Below, in pieces: positions 23,701 through 38,174 of a stretch of DNA of 64,000 nt. Below the pieces are notes generated by a model. It saw only the letters and a list, made by a program, of their open reading frames with translations. It was not told the DNA's origin and ran no database searches. Made by a program: the position numbers and the translations under genes. The stretch comes from the human T2T-CHM13v2.0 reference genome, Homo sapiens: assembly GCF_009914755.1 (NCBI RefSeq), contig NC_060931.1; one strand, 5' to 3'. Numbering within the stretch: position 1 is the first letter of the stretch; the number at the start of each line of letters is the position of its first letter.

Positions 23701-25483
23701 GGAAAAGCTCCAGCTGTTTTCAGTGGTGGATGAGAAGGAAAAGAAGTCCCCTTCTCCAAGATCCTTCATGAGCACCAGGGCTGCCTGACTGTTGCCTGTA
23801 CCTGTAGACTTTTCCTCGTGGGCCAGGACTTCAACTGTGCCGCTGTTGAAAGAAACTTCCTACCAGTGGAAAGATCTGGGACTCAATGCCTGCTGTCTAG
23901 GCTCTTTGTCCCATGGGGTGTTCCCTTGATTTAGTGCACTCCTCCTTCTCCTAGGAGTAGGAGTCCCTGAGACCCAGAATACTGTGAATGTTGTTGCTCC
24001 TCTGGGTCTAGTCACTCAGTGGGGCTGACATACTCCAGAGTCATGCTGGGGAGTGACTGCAAGGAATCCAGTGATGTTCCCTGTCCTCAACTCTCCCAGC
24101 AGCAGATACCAGTACCAGCTCTGATGGGGTGGTAGAAGAGTGACATTGACTGTGTGAGATTTCTTGGTTATAGATAGCCTTAGTTTGTTGGCTTTCTCAA
24201 ATACTGGTTGTAGTAGTAACGAACTGGTCACATGAATAGACTCAAGACCCACCTGGTTAGCCAGAGTGGTGCAGACCATGGTGATAGATGGGGTCATGCA
24301 CAAGATTTCTCCTTTCTGGGCACAGTGTTATTCTACCTGGAGATTCTGTAATGGACTATGTCAGTTGGCCTCTGGCCAGGATGTGGTGCTTACAAAACAG
24401 CACCAGTGGCAGTAGTAGCAATAGGATTTGTGCTTGCCTTATGTTACCCAGGGTAGGTACTCTAGTTTCTCAGGTGCTGGGCAGAACCATAAAGCTCCTG
24501 AAAGTTTCTGTCCTTTATGATTTGCTACGAGGGCAGGTGGAGGGGCAAAGCCAGATGGGGGCTGGGTCAGGCAGTTCAGCACTCTGGCTCTCCATGTAGG
24601 GGCAAGCAGTGGCCCCTGTGGGAGTCAGGGGAGCAGTTCTTTGGCCACAGGGGTAAAGTTCCAGAAAAAAAGTGTAGCTGTCTCTGCTACACAGAAGAGT
24701 TTGTGTAGGGAATGGGGAATAGCCAGCACAGTAAGCCTCACCTTGCTCCCATGCACTTGGCAAGGCAGATCTAACACCTGCAGTGTTCTGCTAGCAGCGG
24801 CGAGCTGAGTTCCATGTCGTCTGTGCTCAGAACCCAAAACTGTCCCAGGCTGTCATAAGACTTCCCCACAGAAATAGCAACCATGGCTTTCAGGCCACCC
24901 CCTCCGAGTCTGCCCTGCAAAGCCAGGGCACCCAGCTCTTGTGCTTGCGGCTGCAGCACACTTCCCACTCACCCCTGGTTCTGGCCAAGCCCCACTGGAG
25001 CTTATGATGTGAAATTCAGCTGGGAGCTTCTTTCAACCTGTGACCACTGCATGAATTAGGTAGCCAACTTCTGCGAGGTCACCCGTGAGGTGGACCAAGG
25101 AATGGTTTCCCTCGGTCCATACTGGAGACTGGAAAGGCAGCTACTGCTTCTGCTCCTACTTTCATATTCCTCACCATTCCCTAAGTCAGTTCCAGCACTG
25201 CATAAGGTTAAGGTCTTCCACCGTGGCCTGGATTTCCAGGTTTCCCAGTGGGGGTGTACATCCTGGAGGCAGTCTCTCTTCCTCTTACATTCTGGGAACT
25301 TAGATTTTTTGCTGTAGCAAGCTGCTTTGTTCAAAAGGTCTGTGGATTTCAGTTTGTTAAGTTCCTGCATTGCTTATTGGAAAAAAAATTTCACATGTGA
25401 ATCTCTACACACTTATTTGTCTTTCCAAGTGGGAGAGGCACTCCAATAGTGCCTCTAATCCACCATCTTGGGGGAAAAATAAA
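17768..25483 (-). mobile_element. Full-length, inactive L1PB (L1PB2/3-like), ~7.7 kb
   Basis: L1PB-type 3' end (tttcaatagcttttggggtac); ORF2 remnants at 19989-20255, 20690-20905 and 21237-21533; long 5' UTR ending ccaccatcttg. TSD acttaaatgtta(t/c)aa(t/g)ttt at 17752-17770 and 25484-25502. Confidence 0.92.
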
Positions 25484-26989
25484 ACTTAAATGTTACAAGT
25501 TTAAGATATATTTTTATTGAAGAGTGTGTTAATGGTTTAAAACTCTGAAGGAGACACCAGAGGAAACTTCATGAATACTATGGGCTTTTAAAATGGAATT
25601 TAGATGTTATTATCAAGAAAGATGTGTAAATTTTTTCCTATCACCCTTCTGAAGATGTCAGGTGTGATTCACTACTAGAATTTTATTCATTTAGTTGGAA
25701 AATATTCATGGATGGCTTGCTTGGTGCTACATATTGTTTTAGGTGTTGAGTATACAACATGAAATATAACACAGTCTCCACATTCAAAGAGTATGCTTAG
25801 TCTCATTTAGAAAAATATGTAAATTAATGTAAATCTATCACAATCATTTCCCCAACTCCCCGGGACTCTGGTTATTTCTTATAGACTCAGAAAAAAAAAA
25901 AGTGATACGTGTATTTAAAAGTTCCTTTATTTCTACTCTTATTCTATTTGTGAAATGGAATTTTCCTATACAAATAAATGTGGACTCTGCTGCACGAATT
26001 GAACAAAAGGGCTCATTTTCCTAAAGAACTGCTTACTTATGAAGTCTTGTGGTAATTCAGACATCTGGACAGCTGTGTTTAATCTGTACTTAGTTTAACT
26101 CTATTTGCATTCAAATTTTCTATAAAAATTCAAAATGTAAAGCATGCATACTCAGTTTCATCCTTAAAAATTTAATATTTTAATGAATCAGCCAATTTAG
26201 ACATGCAAGCATGTGACCTGAGCTTAACTTCCTGGGTTGCTGCATGCATTATCCTAGTTCCTGGGGGAGAAGAAACATTAAGATGGCATCTATAATTTTA
26301 ACCAGGTTACTAAAATTTAGTGCTCTGGCTGAGAGTTACTTCAAGGGAGAATAGAAATATCAAGCTTACAGAGGTTTGGAACAGAAAGATCTTTTTGTAC
26401 TAACAATTCTACATAATGTAATTTTTAAAGAACAGCAAAGCATTGACCCAATAAATCTTTGCTAAAAAGAAACTTTGTTAAAGATTCATTAATTGAGGCA
26501 AAGGAAAATCTCTTGAAAAAGAGCAGATGTAGTTAGAATTAGCGCATTGAACTGAATGAATCATTCAACCACTCAATAAATTTCTTTAAAGTTGCTTTCT
26601 CCTGTTATAAGAGTGTCTGCTCATAGGAAGCACTTAAAAACATCCTATCTGGGGTGTTACGAAGCAGGGTCAAGCCATCCTGGGCTTCAGATGAACAATA
26701 AAGAGGTTTGGGGCAACCAGAAAATATATGGGATGGGGTGACAAAATCAGAAATTGCATATTTCTATCCAGTACCTTTGAAGGCCATAGCCTCAATTTGA
26801 ATCCTTTAATCTATTATAGACTAGGCAGAGTCTCCATAAGAAATCCAACTGTCTTATACAGACAAAGGAACAAACAAAAAGCCGAAAGGAAAACAAAACA
26901 AAATAAAAAATCCTGACATTTTATCCTTTATTATAGTGAATGTTATAAATTTTCTGAATGAATTCGTAATATTGCAGGAGATGAACACA

Positions 26990-27640
26990 AAGATAAACTT
27001 AACATTTTCTCTAAATTTGTCATGCTCTCCTTTCACCTACAAGCCTTTCTCCAGATCTTTCCTCTGCGACACTTTCCAAAGCCCCACATCTCCTTCAGCT
27101 GGTCAATGTCTACTCTGTTTTAGACTCTAGCACAATTAATACATACTCCAGGTAACTTTCTTAACCCACCTCCAAAGCCGTCCCCTAAAGAGAAAAGAGT
27201 TTTGGCACCCCTTTTATGCACATCCTAAATATTGTAAATGCACTCCATAAAAATATCTATTACAGGTTTCCCATTATACTATAAAAGGCAAATACTACAT
27301 TTTTTATGCTTCAGTAGTAGTTCCTAGCACAATATTGAATAAGTAAATCCTAAAATAGCCAATCTTACCTAATCTAGGGCCCTATCTATAAAAAATAAAT
27401 GTTTATTTATGTAATGATCAATGCAGTTATCTATCAACTCAATTGAGCTGTTATGCCACACTAAAATGGACATAATCGGAATACTTGTACAATAGTATAA
27501 TTTCATTCATAAATGTATTCTTCTCTTCACAAATATTTACTGAGTTCTTATGTGCCAGGCACTGTATTAATTGTTGGACATACAATATAGGAAAAAACAG
27601 ATATGGTCCCCTGTTCTTGAAAAATGTGAATGGGACATTT
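26990..27640. mobile_element. L2 fragments
   Basis: ttcctagcacaat; caaatatttactgagttcttatgtgccaggcactgt. Confidence 0.55.
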
Positions 27641-27879
27641 TATTATTGTATATTCACTTGACCTGAGCTTGACTCTTGAAAAAATAGATCCTATCCAGAA
27701 GTAGAATAACCAAACATGCTAATTTTTGAATTTAATAGGCCTTCATCTAATGTTGATGGAATAAGAAAGAATGATGGCTTTGTAGATTTGATATGCCTGA
27801 CCTATCAAATTTGGTTTATTTTAAAATGATTCTGAATTTACACAACTTACTAGTGAGGCAACTCACCAGTGATAAGATA

Positions 27880-27880
27880 C

Positions 27881-27922
<42 letters not shown>
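27880..27922. repeat. (TG)n microsatellite
   Basis: Near-pure TG run. Confidence 0.97.
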
Positions 27923-27924
<2 letters not shown>

Positions 27925-28559
27925 CTTTTAACTTGACATTAGGTTAAAAGTGGAAAAGGGGATAGAGCTAGGACATTTCAGGAAGCAAACCGGCATGTTT
28001 TTAATACTATGTGGAAAACAAAGAAAAGGGAAATACTGTGAAGTTAGAAAAGCTATCTGAAGCCACACCTACTTCTAAAAGTTTAGGAAAACTAAGAATA
28101 ACATATCAGGTCTAATCCTATACATAGATATAACAAGAAAAATAGAATTATTAATAAGAACAACATAACATTTCTACAGATAATGACAACACACCAGAAG
28201 ACATGCCCATGAACAAAACAAAAGAAACTAAAAGATATTGGGAAAATGATGCAAGTCATGAGAAAAGAGTTTAAATAAGAATTTTTTTAAAAACAGAAAT
28301 GACTTGGAAACACAGAAACTTTTAAAACTTGGAAACCATTAGAAGTTTTTAAAAATCATTAAAACCAAAACTGGAAAAACATAAAAATGAACAAATAATA
28401 AATAATGCCTTCAGAACAATATGAAGATTGAAATATTTTAAAGATGAAAGAGATTAAAAAATTAAAATGATGTAGTGTATGTGTGTGTCTTTGTGTGTTT
28501 GTATATGTAGTTTATGTGTGTGTCTTTGTGTGTGTGTGTATATGTGTGTATATATAAAG

Positions 28560-29937
28560 AGCAAGTTGAAAAATTCGTATTACCTAGTGACATCATAGTG
28601 GTCATACTCACATGTTTATGGTGATGCTGTTGTAAACAAACCTAGTGCATTGTTCTCATAGGAGATGACAGTTCCGTGCTTGTTATTGCCCCTGAAGACC
28701 TTCCAGTGGGACAAGATGTGGAAGTGGAAAATATTGATATTGATGACTCTGACCCTCTGTAGGCATAGGATAATGTGTGTGTTTGTGTCTTATTCTTCTT
28801 TAACAAAAGCAATTAAAAAGTAAAAGAAAGTAAATACACTTAAAAATAGAAAAACCTTATAGAATAAGTATATAAACAAAAAATATTTTTGTAGAGCTAT
28901 AAAATGTATTTTTATTTTAATCTACATGTTGTAAAAGAATAAGAAAGTTTAAAAATTTAGAAGTTTATAAAAGAAAAAAGCTACATGAGTGCAGGTTAAT
29001 TTATTATTGAAGAAGAATGTTTTATAAATTTACTATAGCCTAAGTGTACAATGTTTATAAAGTCTAGAGTAGTATACAGTAATGTTCTAGGCCTTTACGT
29101 TTACTCACCAGTCACTCACTCACTCACCCATAGCAACAGCTAGTCCTGCAGACAGTATTCATAAATACTTTATGCAAGTGTCCCATTTTTTATTTTTTAT
29201 GCCATATTTTTACTGTACCTGTTAGTCCAAACCACCATTTTATAAGCTTCCTGCTATTTTGCAGACCTTGGTCAAATTGAAACATTTCACAGGGGTTCAG
29301 GCAGTGAGAAACATCCTGCCTAACCACCTGACCACAAGACAGACAAATCCCAACCAAAGGCAAAGACCCAACTGAGGAAACATCTCTATCATATTCTGCT
29401 GGGGGAAAGTGCAAGGAACACCACATTCCGCTGGAACAAGGGCCAGAACTGCCTTATTATGGAACATCTTACCAATATCCTGCTGGGCAGCATGTCATTT
29501 CCCCCCAAGCCCCTCCTGCCCAGGCCTATGACTTGCTCCAGCTTGTGAGCAGCAGTGGATTCTGGCATTAAGCTGGTCCCCCATTTTCGCAGTGTCTGCA
29601 ATATACCTGTGTTGCTGTTTGTATCTCCTTCTCTCTGTGTGTCTTTCTTTAACCCTAGTCTTCCCTTCAGAACCTAACAGTATCTTTTCCATGTTTAGAT
29701 ATGTTTAGATACACAAATACCTACTATTGTGTCCCAATTGCCTGTAGTTTTCAGCATAGTAGCATGCTCTACAGTTTTATAGCCTAGGAACAATAGGTTG
29801 TACCATTTGGCCTAAGTGTATTATGGGCTGTACCATCTAGGTTTGTATAAATACCCTTTACAATGTTCACACAATGACAAAATTGTCTAATGATACATTT
29901 CTTAGAATGTATCTTCTTTGTTAAATGACATGACTGT
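28560..29937. mobile_element. Tigger3 (GOLEM) derivative, interrupted by an LTR
   Basis: cccctgaagaccttccagtgggacaagatgtgg; terminal catttcttagaatgtatc..gttaaatgacatgactg. Confidence 0.85.
29220..29679 (+). mobile_element. ERVL solo LTR (LTR47-like), 460 bp, inside Tigger3
   Basis: TGTTAG...CTAACA termini; 5-bp TSD gtacc/gtatc; the Tigger3 sequence resumes on both sides. Confidence 0.8.
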
Positions 29938-30999
29938 TTATATACACACATATGTATATATACATACACATAAATATTAGTGAAGAAAGTATATCCAACT
30001 TAGGAATAATAGAAATCTCTGAAGATAAAAACAAAAGCAAATAAGCCAAACTAATATTGAAAGCTATAATTTAAGAGAACATTTCTGAATTTTAAAGAAT
30101 GATTTGTAACTGCTTAATGAAAAAATACACTACATACTTCGGAATATAACTTAAAGTGAATAAAACCAAGACATAGTCTATAAAATTACTGGATAATTTA
30201 TAAAAACATAAATAAATAGAAAATTCTTTTAGATATCAAAGGAGCTCTTTGCTTTTGCAAAAAGCTCAAGTGACTCATAAGGGAAATAAAATTAGCTTGT
30301 CATCAGACTTTTCAACAGCAATTTTTCTATGCCAGACTAAACTAGAATATATTTAAGATACTAAATATGGACAAATAAATGTGGAAAAATAATTTTATAT
30401 CTAGCAAAACTGACTTTTAATTATAATGGACACAGATAAACTTTTATCATCATGCAAGAACTCAAGGAATATTTTTCTCAAGAATCCTGAGGCATTTCCT
30501 AAGGAAAAAGCTTCAGACAATCAAACAAGTACAGTCACCTACATAAAAACTTGTGGTACAGTTACTTACAAAGACAAAATGAGTGTAAAAAAGGAAGGAG
30601 TGTAATAATGGCTATATGATCCAAAAATATAGTATAGTTCAACCATTTTAATGGTTAGAGAATATAAAAGATATTTTATTAAATTTTATAAGTTCAATTT
30701 TTTTCAGTAAGCTTATCAGTGGTTGCAGTATTCATACTATCATTCTGAAATACTTGTGTGTGAAATATATTATAAAGCAAGTCATTCATTATAGGAAACT
30801 CAAGTTCCTTTCATCATGTGTTCTTGAAAACCAGAATTCCTGGTTGGAAGAATGGAGATACAGATGTAATACAAAAGAAGTGGAAGAAGTTAAGCAAAAA
30901 ATGTGATAGTCCTGAATTTGATTTGGAAATATCAGTTTAAACTCATGAGGTTATTCTTAATATTATATATTACATATGTATGTGTATGTGTGTGTATGT

Positions 31000-31553
31000 G
31001 TGTACCCCATGATTTCCATCTTGACCAATCAAACACTATTCTCAATACTGTTGTGAATGGATTTGTAGATGTAATTAACATCCCTCAAATATGGAATATA
31101 TCCTGGTTAGCTGGCTGAATCACAGGAGCACTTTAAGAGCAGAGAATTTTCCTCTGTGGGTTGTAAAAGAGGTTAGAGGTTCAAAGCACGAGGGAGATTT
31201 GGCATACAGTGCCTGCTTGAAGATGGAGGGGATGCGTATACAAAGAACTAGAACAAGGTCTCTAGGATCTGAAAGTGACCACCAGTCAAAAGCCAGCGAG
31301 GAAATGAAGACGTCAGCCTGATAGCCTGAATCTGTCAACAACCTGAGTAACCTTGAAAGTAAATTCTTATCTAGAACCTCCAGATAAGAATGCAATTCAT
31401 CTAATACTTTCATTTCAGCCTTATAAGACCCTAAGAGAACCCAGGCATGCAATGCTGAAGGTCTGCACTACAGAACTGTGAGAGAATTAGTGCACGTTCT
31501 TTTAAGTCTTGACATTTGTGATATTTGTTACGTCACAATACAAAACCAATACA
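31000..31553 (+). mobile_element. MLT1E-like MaLR LTR
   Basis: tgcttgaagatggagggg; caacaacctgagtaacc; ctacagaactgtgaga; terminal aaaccaataca. Confidence 0.8.
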
Positions 31554-33157
31554 GTCTTGAAATATTTTTGTTATACTAGATAGTAAGGAAGCCATCAGAA
31601 TACTAGAGTCATATTGAAAAGACTCAAGATTCTATTTGAATGACAATTTGTCCTGGCTAAAGACAGGACCACCTAAGCTTTAATAAAAATGTTTGAAATG
31701 GATAAATCCAGAAAATATGTTTAATCTCATATGGTCATCACAATATTAAATAAATGCTCACATAGGGGTGAAGAAAGGGAAACAACTGATCTTCAAAGGT
31801 AGTAAATAAAATAGAACATTTATTATGTGTCTCTTCTCTATATTTGAACTGTAAATAAGGAGTAGATGAGGAAAAGTGTCCCTTTATAGAGGTTTTCAGT
31901 CTAATACATTATAAGAAATGATGGCATTAAATTATCACCATTTTGCTGCTTCTTAATGGATCCATGCATTGAGCATCAACACCTACTAATATCATGAAAA
32001 AAGCGACCGGAAACAATGTTCTTGATAAAAGAATATAATACCATCTACAGTCTTATCGAATAGATAGAATTTGAGTCCAGTCAAGGCTTTGGATCCAGCT
32101 TCCAATTGTCAGGAAACATAAAGGACACATCAACATGATGAACTATACTATGAGGTTTCAATCTCTAAAATCTAGTCTGTGGGAAATTCTAAGATCAATT
32201 GGCCTAAGTTCTTCAGGATGCAAATTGTAAGCAAATGGAAGGGATAAAGAGAGAAGCTGAAGGTTAAAAAGCAAAAAAGAGACATATCAAATGTTCAGTT
32301 TAGTTTTTTTAGGAAGACTAAACTATACTATCTAAGGAGACAAGCTAGACTAATAAGGCTAAAAGGCAGCAAAGAAGTGACTTCTCTGAAAAACGGGTTA
32401 GTGGTTTCTTTTACGAGGAGGGAAGCAGTTGTGATTGTGTTGGGTCACAAGGACAGGCTTGCTGTCAAAATTTTATTTTGATCTGTTTGCTAATTACAAG
32501 GATGTTTGCTTTATAATAATCTATTCAACTATGTATTTACTTATTTCATTGGTTGTGTTTTTATGTATGTGTTATTTTATAACTAAATGAATTTAAAAGA
32601 CAGAGAGAATCTACCTAGCATCTCTTTCATTTTCGCCTGGGTATATGTGTTTTCATTATCACTATGGGTATTGCTGCATTTGGGTTGTGCCACATCCCTC
32701 TGGATTACATTAATAATTAAGAAAATGCTCTATATTTTCTGTGTGCATCCAGCTGTGCAATATTGTTAATAACCTCAATTTTAGATTTCTTGCTGATGTT
32801 GATATAATTATAACTCACCTATCCTTTTCCATATTAACTTACATATATTAAACATAGATATTTTTATGTCTATGGAGTTTTATTAAAGAGGATGTCATCT
32901 TATACTATCTGTTTTCCTCCAAATTTCTCTGAGTAAAACAACCAAGACAACCTGGGACTTCTCCAGTCACACTGCTTTCCTCTATAATTGAGACAGTTTT
33001 CTTAAGTCCTTTCCAAGCTAATAACCAAATCTCCAGGCCTGGCTCAAAAGCAGGCTACAAACTTCAACTTGAGGATTGGGGAGCATTCCTAGGTTCTTCT
33101 GCAATCTGAGCAACTCATTTCATCTAGCCTAGTAGTGGCTTCTTTGAACAAGTTTCA

Positions 33158-33325
33158 GTGCAATGATTCTCAGTGCTGGCAGTTCATTAAAGCCAACTGG
33201 AGGCACTTTAAAAAAATATCCACTGATCCTCCCCCAGACCAATTAAATAATATCTGTGGGTGCTAATTTGTATTTTTTTCCAAAGATCCTCAAGGCGTTT
33301 AATGTGCTGTATGATTGTGAACAAC
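33158..33325. mobile_element. MER5-like hAT MITE
   Basis: caatgattctca...cccccagaccaattaaat..tttgtattttt. Confidence 0.55.
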
Positions 33326-34450
33326 AAGACAAATGAGTTGTAAGAAACTTTTATTAACATATCTAATTCTTCTGTGATGTGAATAATAAATGAGTGAATA
33401 AAAGGAACAAACTATTCTATAAATTATCTGTGTTAACGTTTTGCCTGTTAGTTATTGTTAAAGGCTGGCATCTATTAATATCCCAATATATGTTAAGATG
33501 AAAGAGGAGAATAAGAAAATGAGAGAGAAGCATTGTTTTGTGGTTAGGATTAAGTTTGAATTACTGCCCAGACAGAAAAGCCTCTGGAAATCTTACATAT
33601 TTTATAGCAACACAATTCAATTTACATATTCTCTACTACTATGAAGGTTTAAAAAGATCTTATTTTCTATTCTGTCATTCATTTATGGTCATGGTAACAT
33701 ATTAGTAATGCAAAATAAGTGTCACGTGGTAAGTTTATACAGTTTTTTGTTGTTTTTATTGTTTGTTATTTCAAGCAGTTGCATTAGAGAAAAGATATGA
33801 TTCGGAATTCTGACCAGGAAATTTACATCTCTCCATGGTAATTTGAAATAAATAAATTCAACAAAAGATAGATCATCTAAGATTATTTCATTTGAAAATA
33901 ACATGTTTTTGATTAAAAGTGGCTTAAACAATGAAAGTTTAATATGTGACAAAACAAGAAATTCAGAATACATTGTTGTAGACATGATTCAGTGATGTCA
34001 GTCTTATTGGCCTGGCTTCTCTTAATACTCACTTAATACCTACAAGCACCAAAGCACCAAGCACTATAACTTACACACACAAAAACAAAACAATGCAAAG
34101 GAAGAAGGAAAGAGATTTTCTTCTTATTCATGTCTTTGTATCACAGAAGAAATATTCCAGGAAAATTTTCAATTTCCCTTTTCCATATTGGGCTTGAAGG
34201 TAGAGAAAAATGAATCTCTGCATTTTCAGCCTTATTATTTCCTTCTAGCAGCACAGAAATAATATGGTTGGAAATAGTGTTTACTAGGTGACTAGGGGAA
34301 TCTAGGACAATAGTTCTTTGTCTGCGATACAGATCTCTTGTTGCCAAATGGCATAAATCGAGTGAACATTTTTCTGAAAGATATAAAAATAAAAGATGCA
34401 CAATTTCAAGTAAAGTATGCAGTGTGATGAGTCTCTCTGCCTATATTCAC

Positions 34451-34596
34451 CAGTGTTTCTCAAGCTTCAGTGTGCACAAAATACACACGGGCATTTGTTA
34501 ATCGACCCAGACTGAAAGATAGTAGGTGGATCTCAGCATAGGGTTGAGCTCAGTTAAGGACAGGAATCAGATGGTTCACATTTTGAGAAACATTCT
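34451..34596. mobile_element. MER5-like hAT MITE
   Basis: TIRs cagtgtttctcaa ... ttgagaaacatt. Confidence 0.6.
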
Positions 34597-36198
34597 ATAC
34601 TAAATATTAATGATCCCAAAATAATTATCTTGAAGTCTTACCTATTTATAAAGCTGATGAAAATCTCCAGAACCAAGTTTATTCTAGCCCACTTGCATTT
34701 GTTAGGTAGCCCCTGAAGTGGTTTTTCCTTGCTGTTGGACCTTGCCCATAATTAATGTGTCTCATCACAGAGACTCAGCCATCCTTACTCAGCAAAATCG
34801 CTGAAGATTGGCCACAGGCCCCTGGATGCTTCGATCTAATGTCCATTATAAACAAAATGTCCACTGCCTCACTCTCTCACTAGTTTTAATTAATTAAAAA
34901 CTCCCCAGTCATCAGGAAGTCATATGCTCAGCATGCCGCTGTGACAGGACAACTTATCAAATTACCCTCTTCCTTAGGAGAATTAATTCATCATATTGCT
35001 AAATTATTTCCTGTCTTTGTTTCAAATGCCAAGATTTTTTTTCCCTCTTCTGTCTGACTTAGGATAAGCAAAGTGTCTTAAATCTTTTTTATTTAATAGC
35101 ATAATCCATGAAACACAGTCAATTATTTTTGATATTTTAAAGAAACACAATTTTCTAATAACCAAATAAAATTATATCACTGGTTTACGACATGATTTGG
35201 CAAAGATGTCATAAATAAATCCAATCCATTTCTTATCATTATGGCCCATAAACCCTATTTCTATTATTTCTATTTCAAAGTCAGCTGTTTTTACCTTTAT
35301 GTCTGTCACCCCAAATCCTGATCATACATTGCCTATGCTATTCATCCATTATTTAACTGGTAGCGAATGTAAATAAAAGTAAGTAATTTCAAGCTTCACA
35401 CTCACTTTTCAAAATAAGAGTGATCGGAAAGAAAATTTGATTTAATTTTACAAACCCCAAAAGAGTAATATTTTATGGATTCTAGAATGACCTGTGGTGC
35501 CACACTGCCTTATGCTAATGTCCATCTTAATACTTACAACACTATATTACCCTTTTTGATTTTCACTCTCCTCTGATTGGAACTAATAAAAATGAAAGCA
35601 GCAAATGACATCATTCACTTCTGTATCTCAATGCGTAGCACATTGTCTGCCACCCGAAGTCATTTTCTCAGCAAGTCATCTCCTTCCATCTATTTTTTCA
35701 CAATGTCGATATATCATAGAACATAATATTACAAATGTTACTGACTCACCTGTTTTAGTTCTATTCTGACTCATACAAAGAAATAATTATTTTACAGAAA
35801 TAATCCAATATTAAGAAGACACAAAGTTCAGTTTTGTCTGATTGATTTTATTTATTGCTGAATTATGCAAGTTGATTTAATGTTCAAAAACGAGTTTCCT
35901 AAGATTAGCTCAGTAATAAATCTAAAACTATCCAATTCAGGTGAGCTGCTTCTAGTTTTGAAGAGTCTTGAATTTGTCAGCATACGATTTTCTTCAATGA
36001 TATATTCATAATTAAATTTAGTATTACCCTTTGGCTGATGACCAAGAAATTGAAGTAATATTCAGCTATGAGAATGCTATCAATCTGTCAGTAGTTTTCA
36101 AATTGTGTTTCATAGCCCATTCACAGAATGTTTAACAGTGGGAAATATAAGGTTAAATTATCAAATATGTGAAGTACGTTTTGGTTAAGTAAAAATTA

Positions 36199-38174
<1,976 letters not shown>

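Larger units (their letters stand above)
28000..32590 (+). mobile_element. Ancient L1M (L1MC/HAL1-like) host element, interrupted by Tigger3 and MLT1
   Basis: A-rich ORF1-like remnants (catcagacttttcaacagcaa; tttatatctagcaaaactgac) and L1MC-type 3' UTR motifs at 30700-30960 and 31560-32590. Confidence 0.5.

Noticed and set aside
26190-26220. agacatgcaagcatgtga as a p53 response element
   Set aside because: The CATG cores are 8 bp apart instead of 10, and the flanks mismatch.
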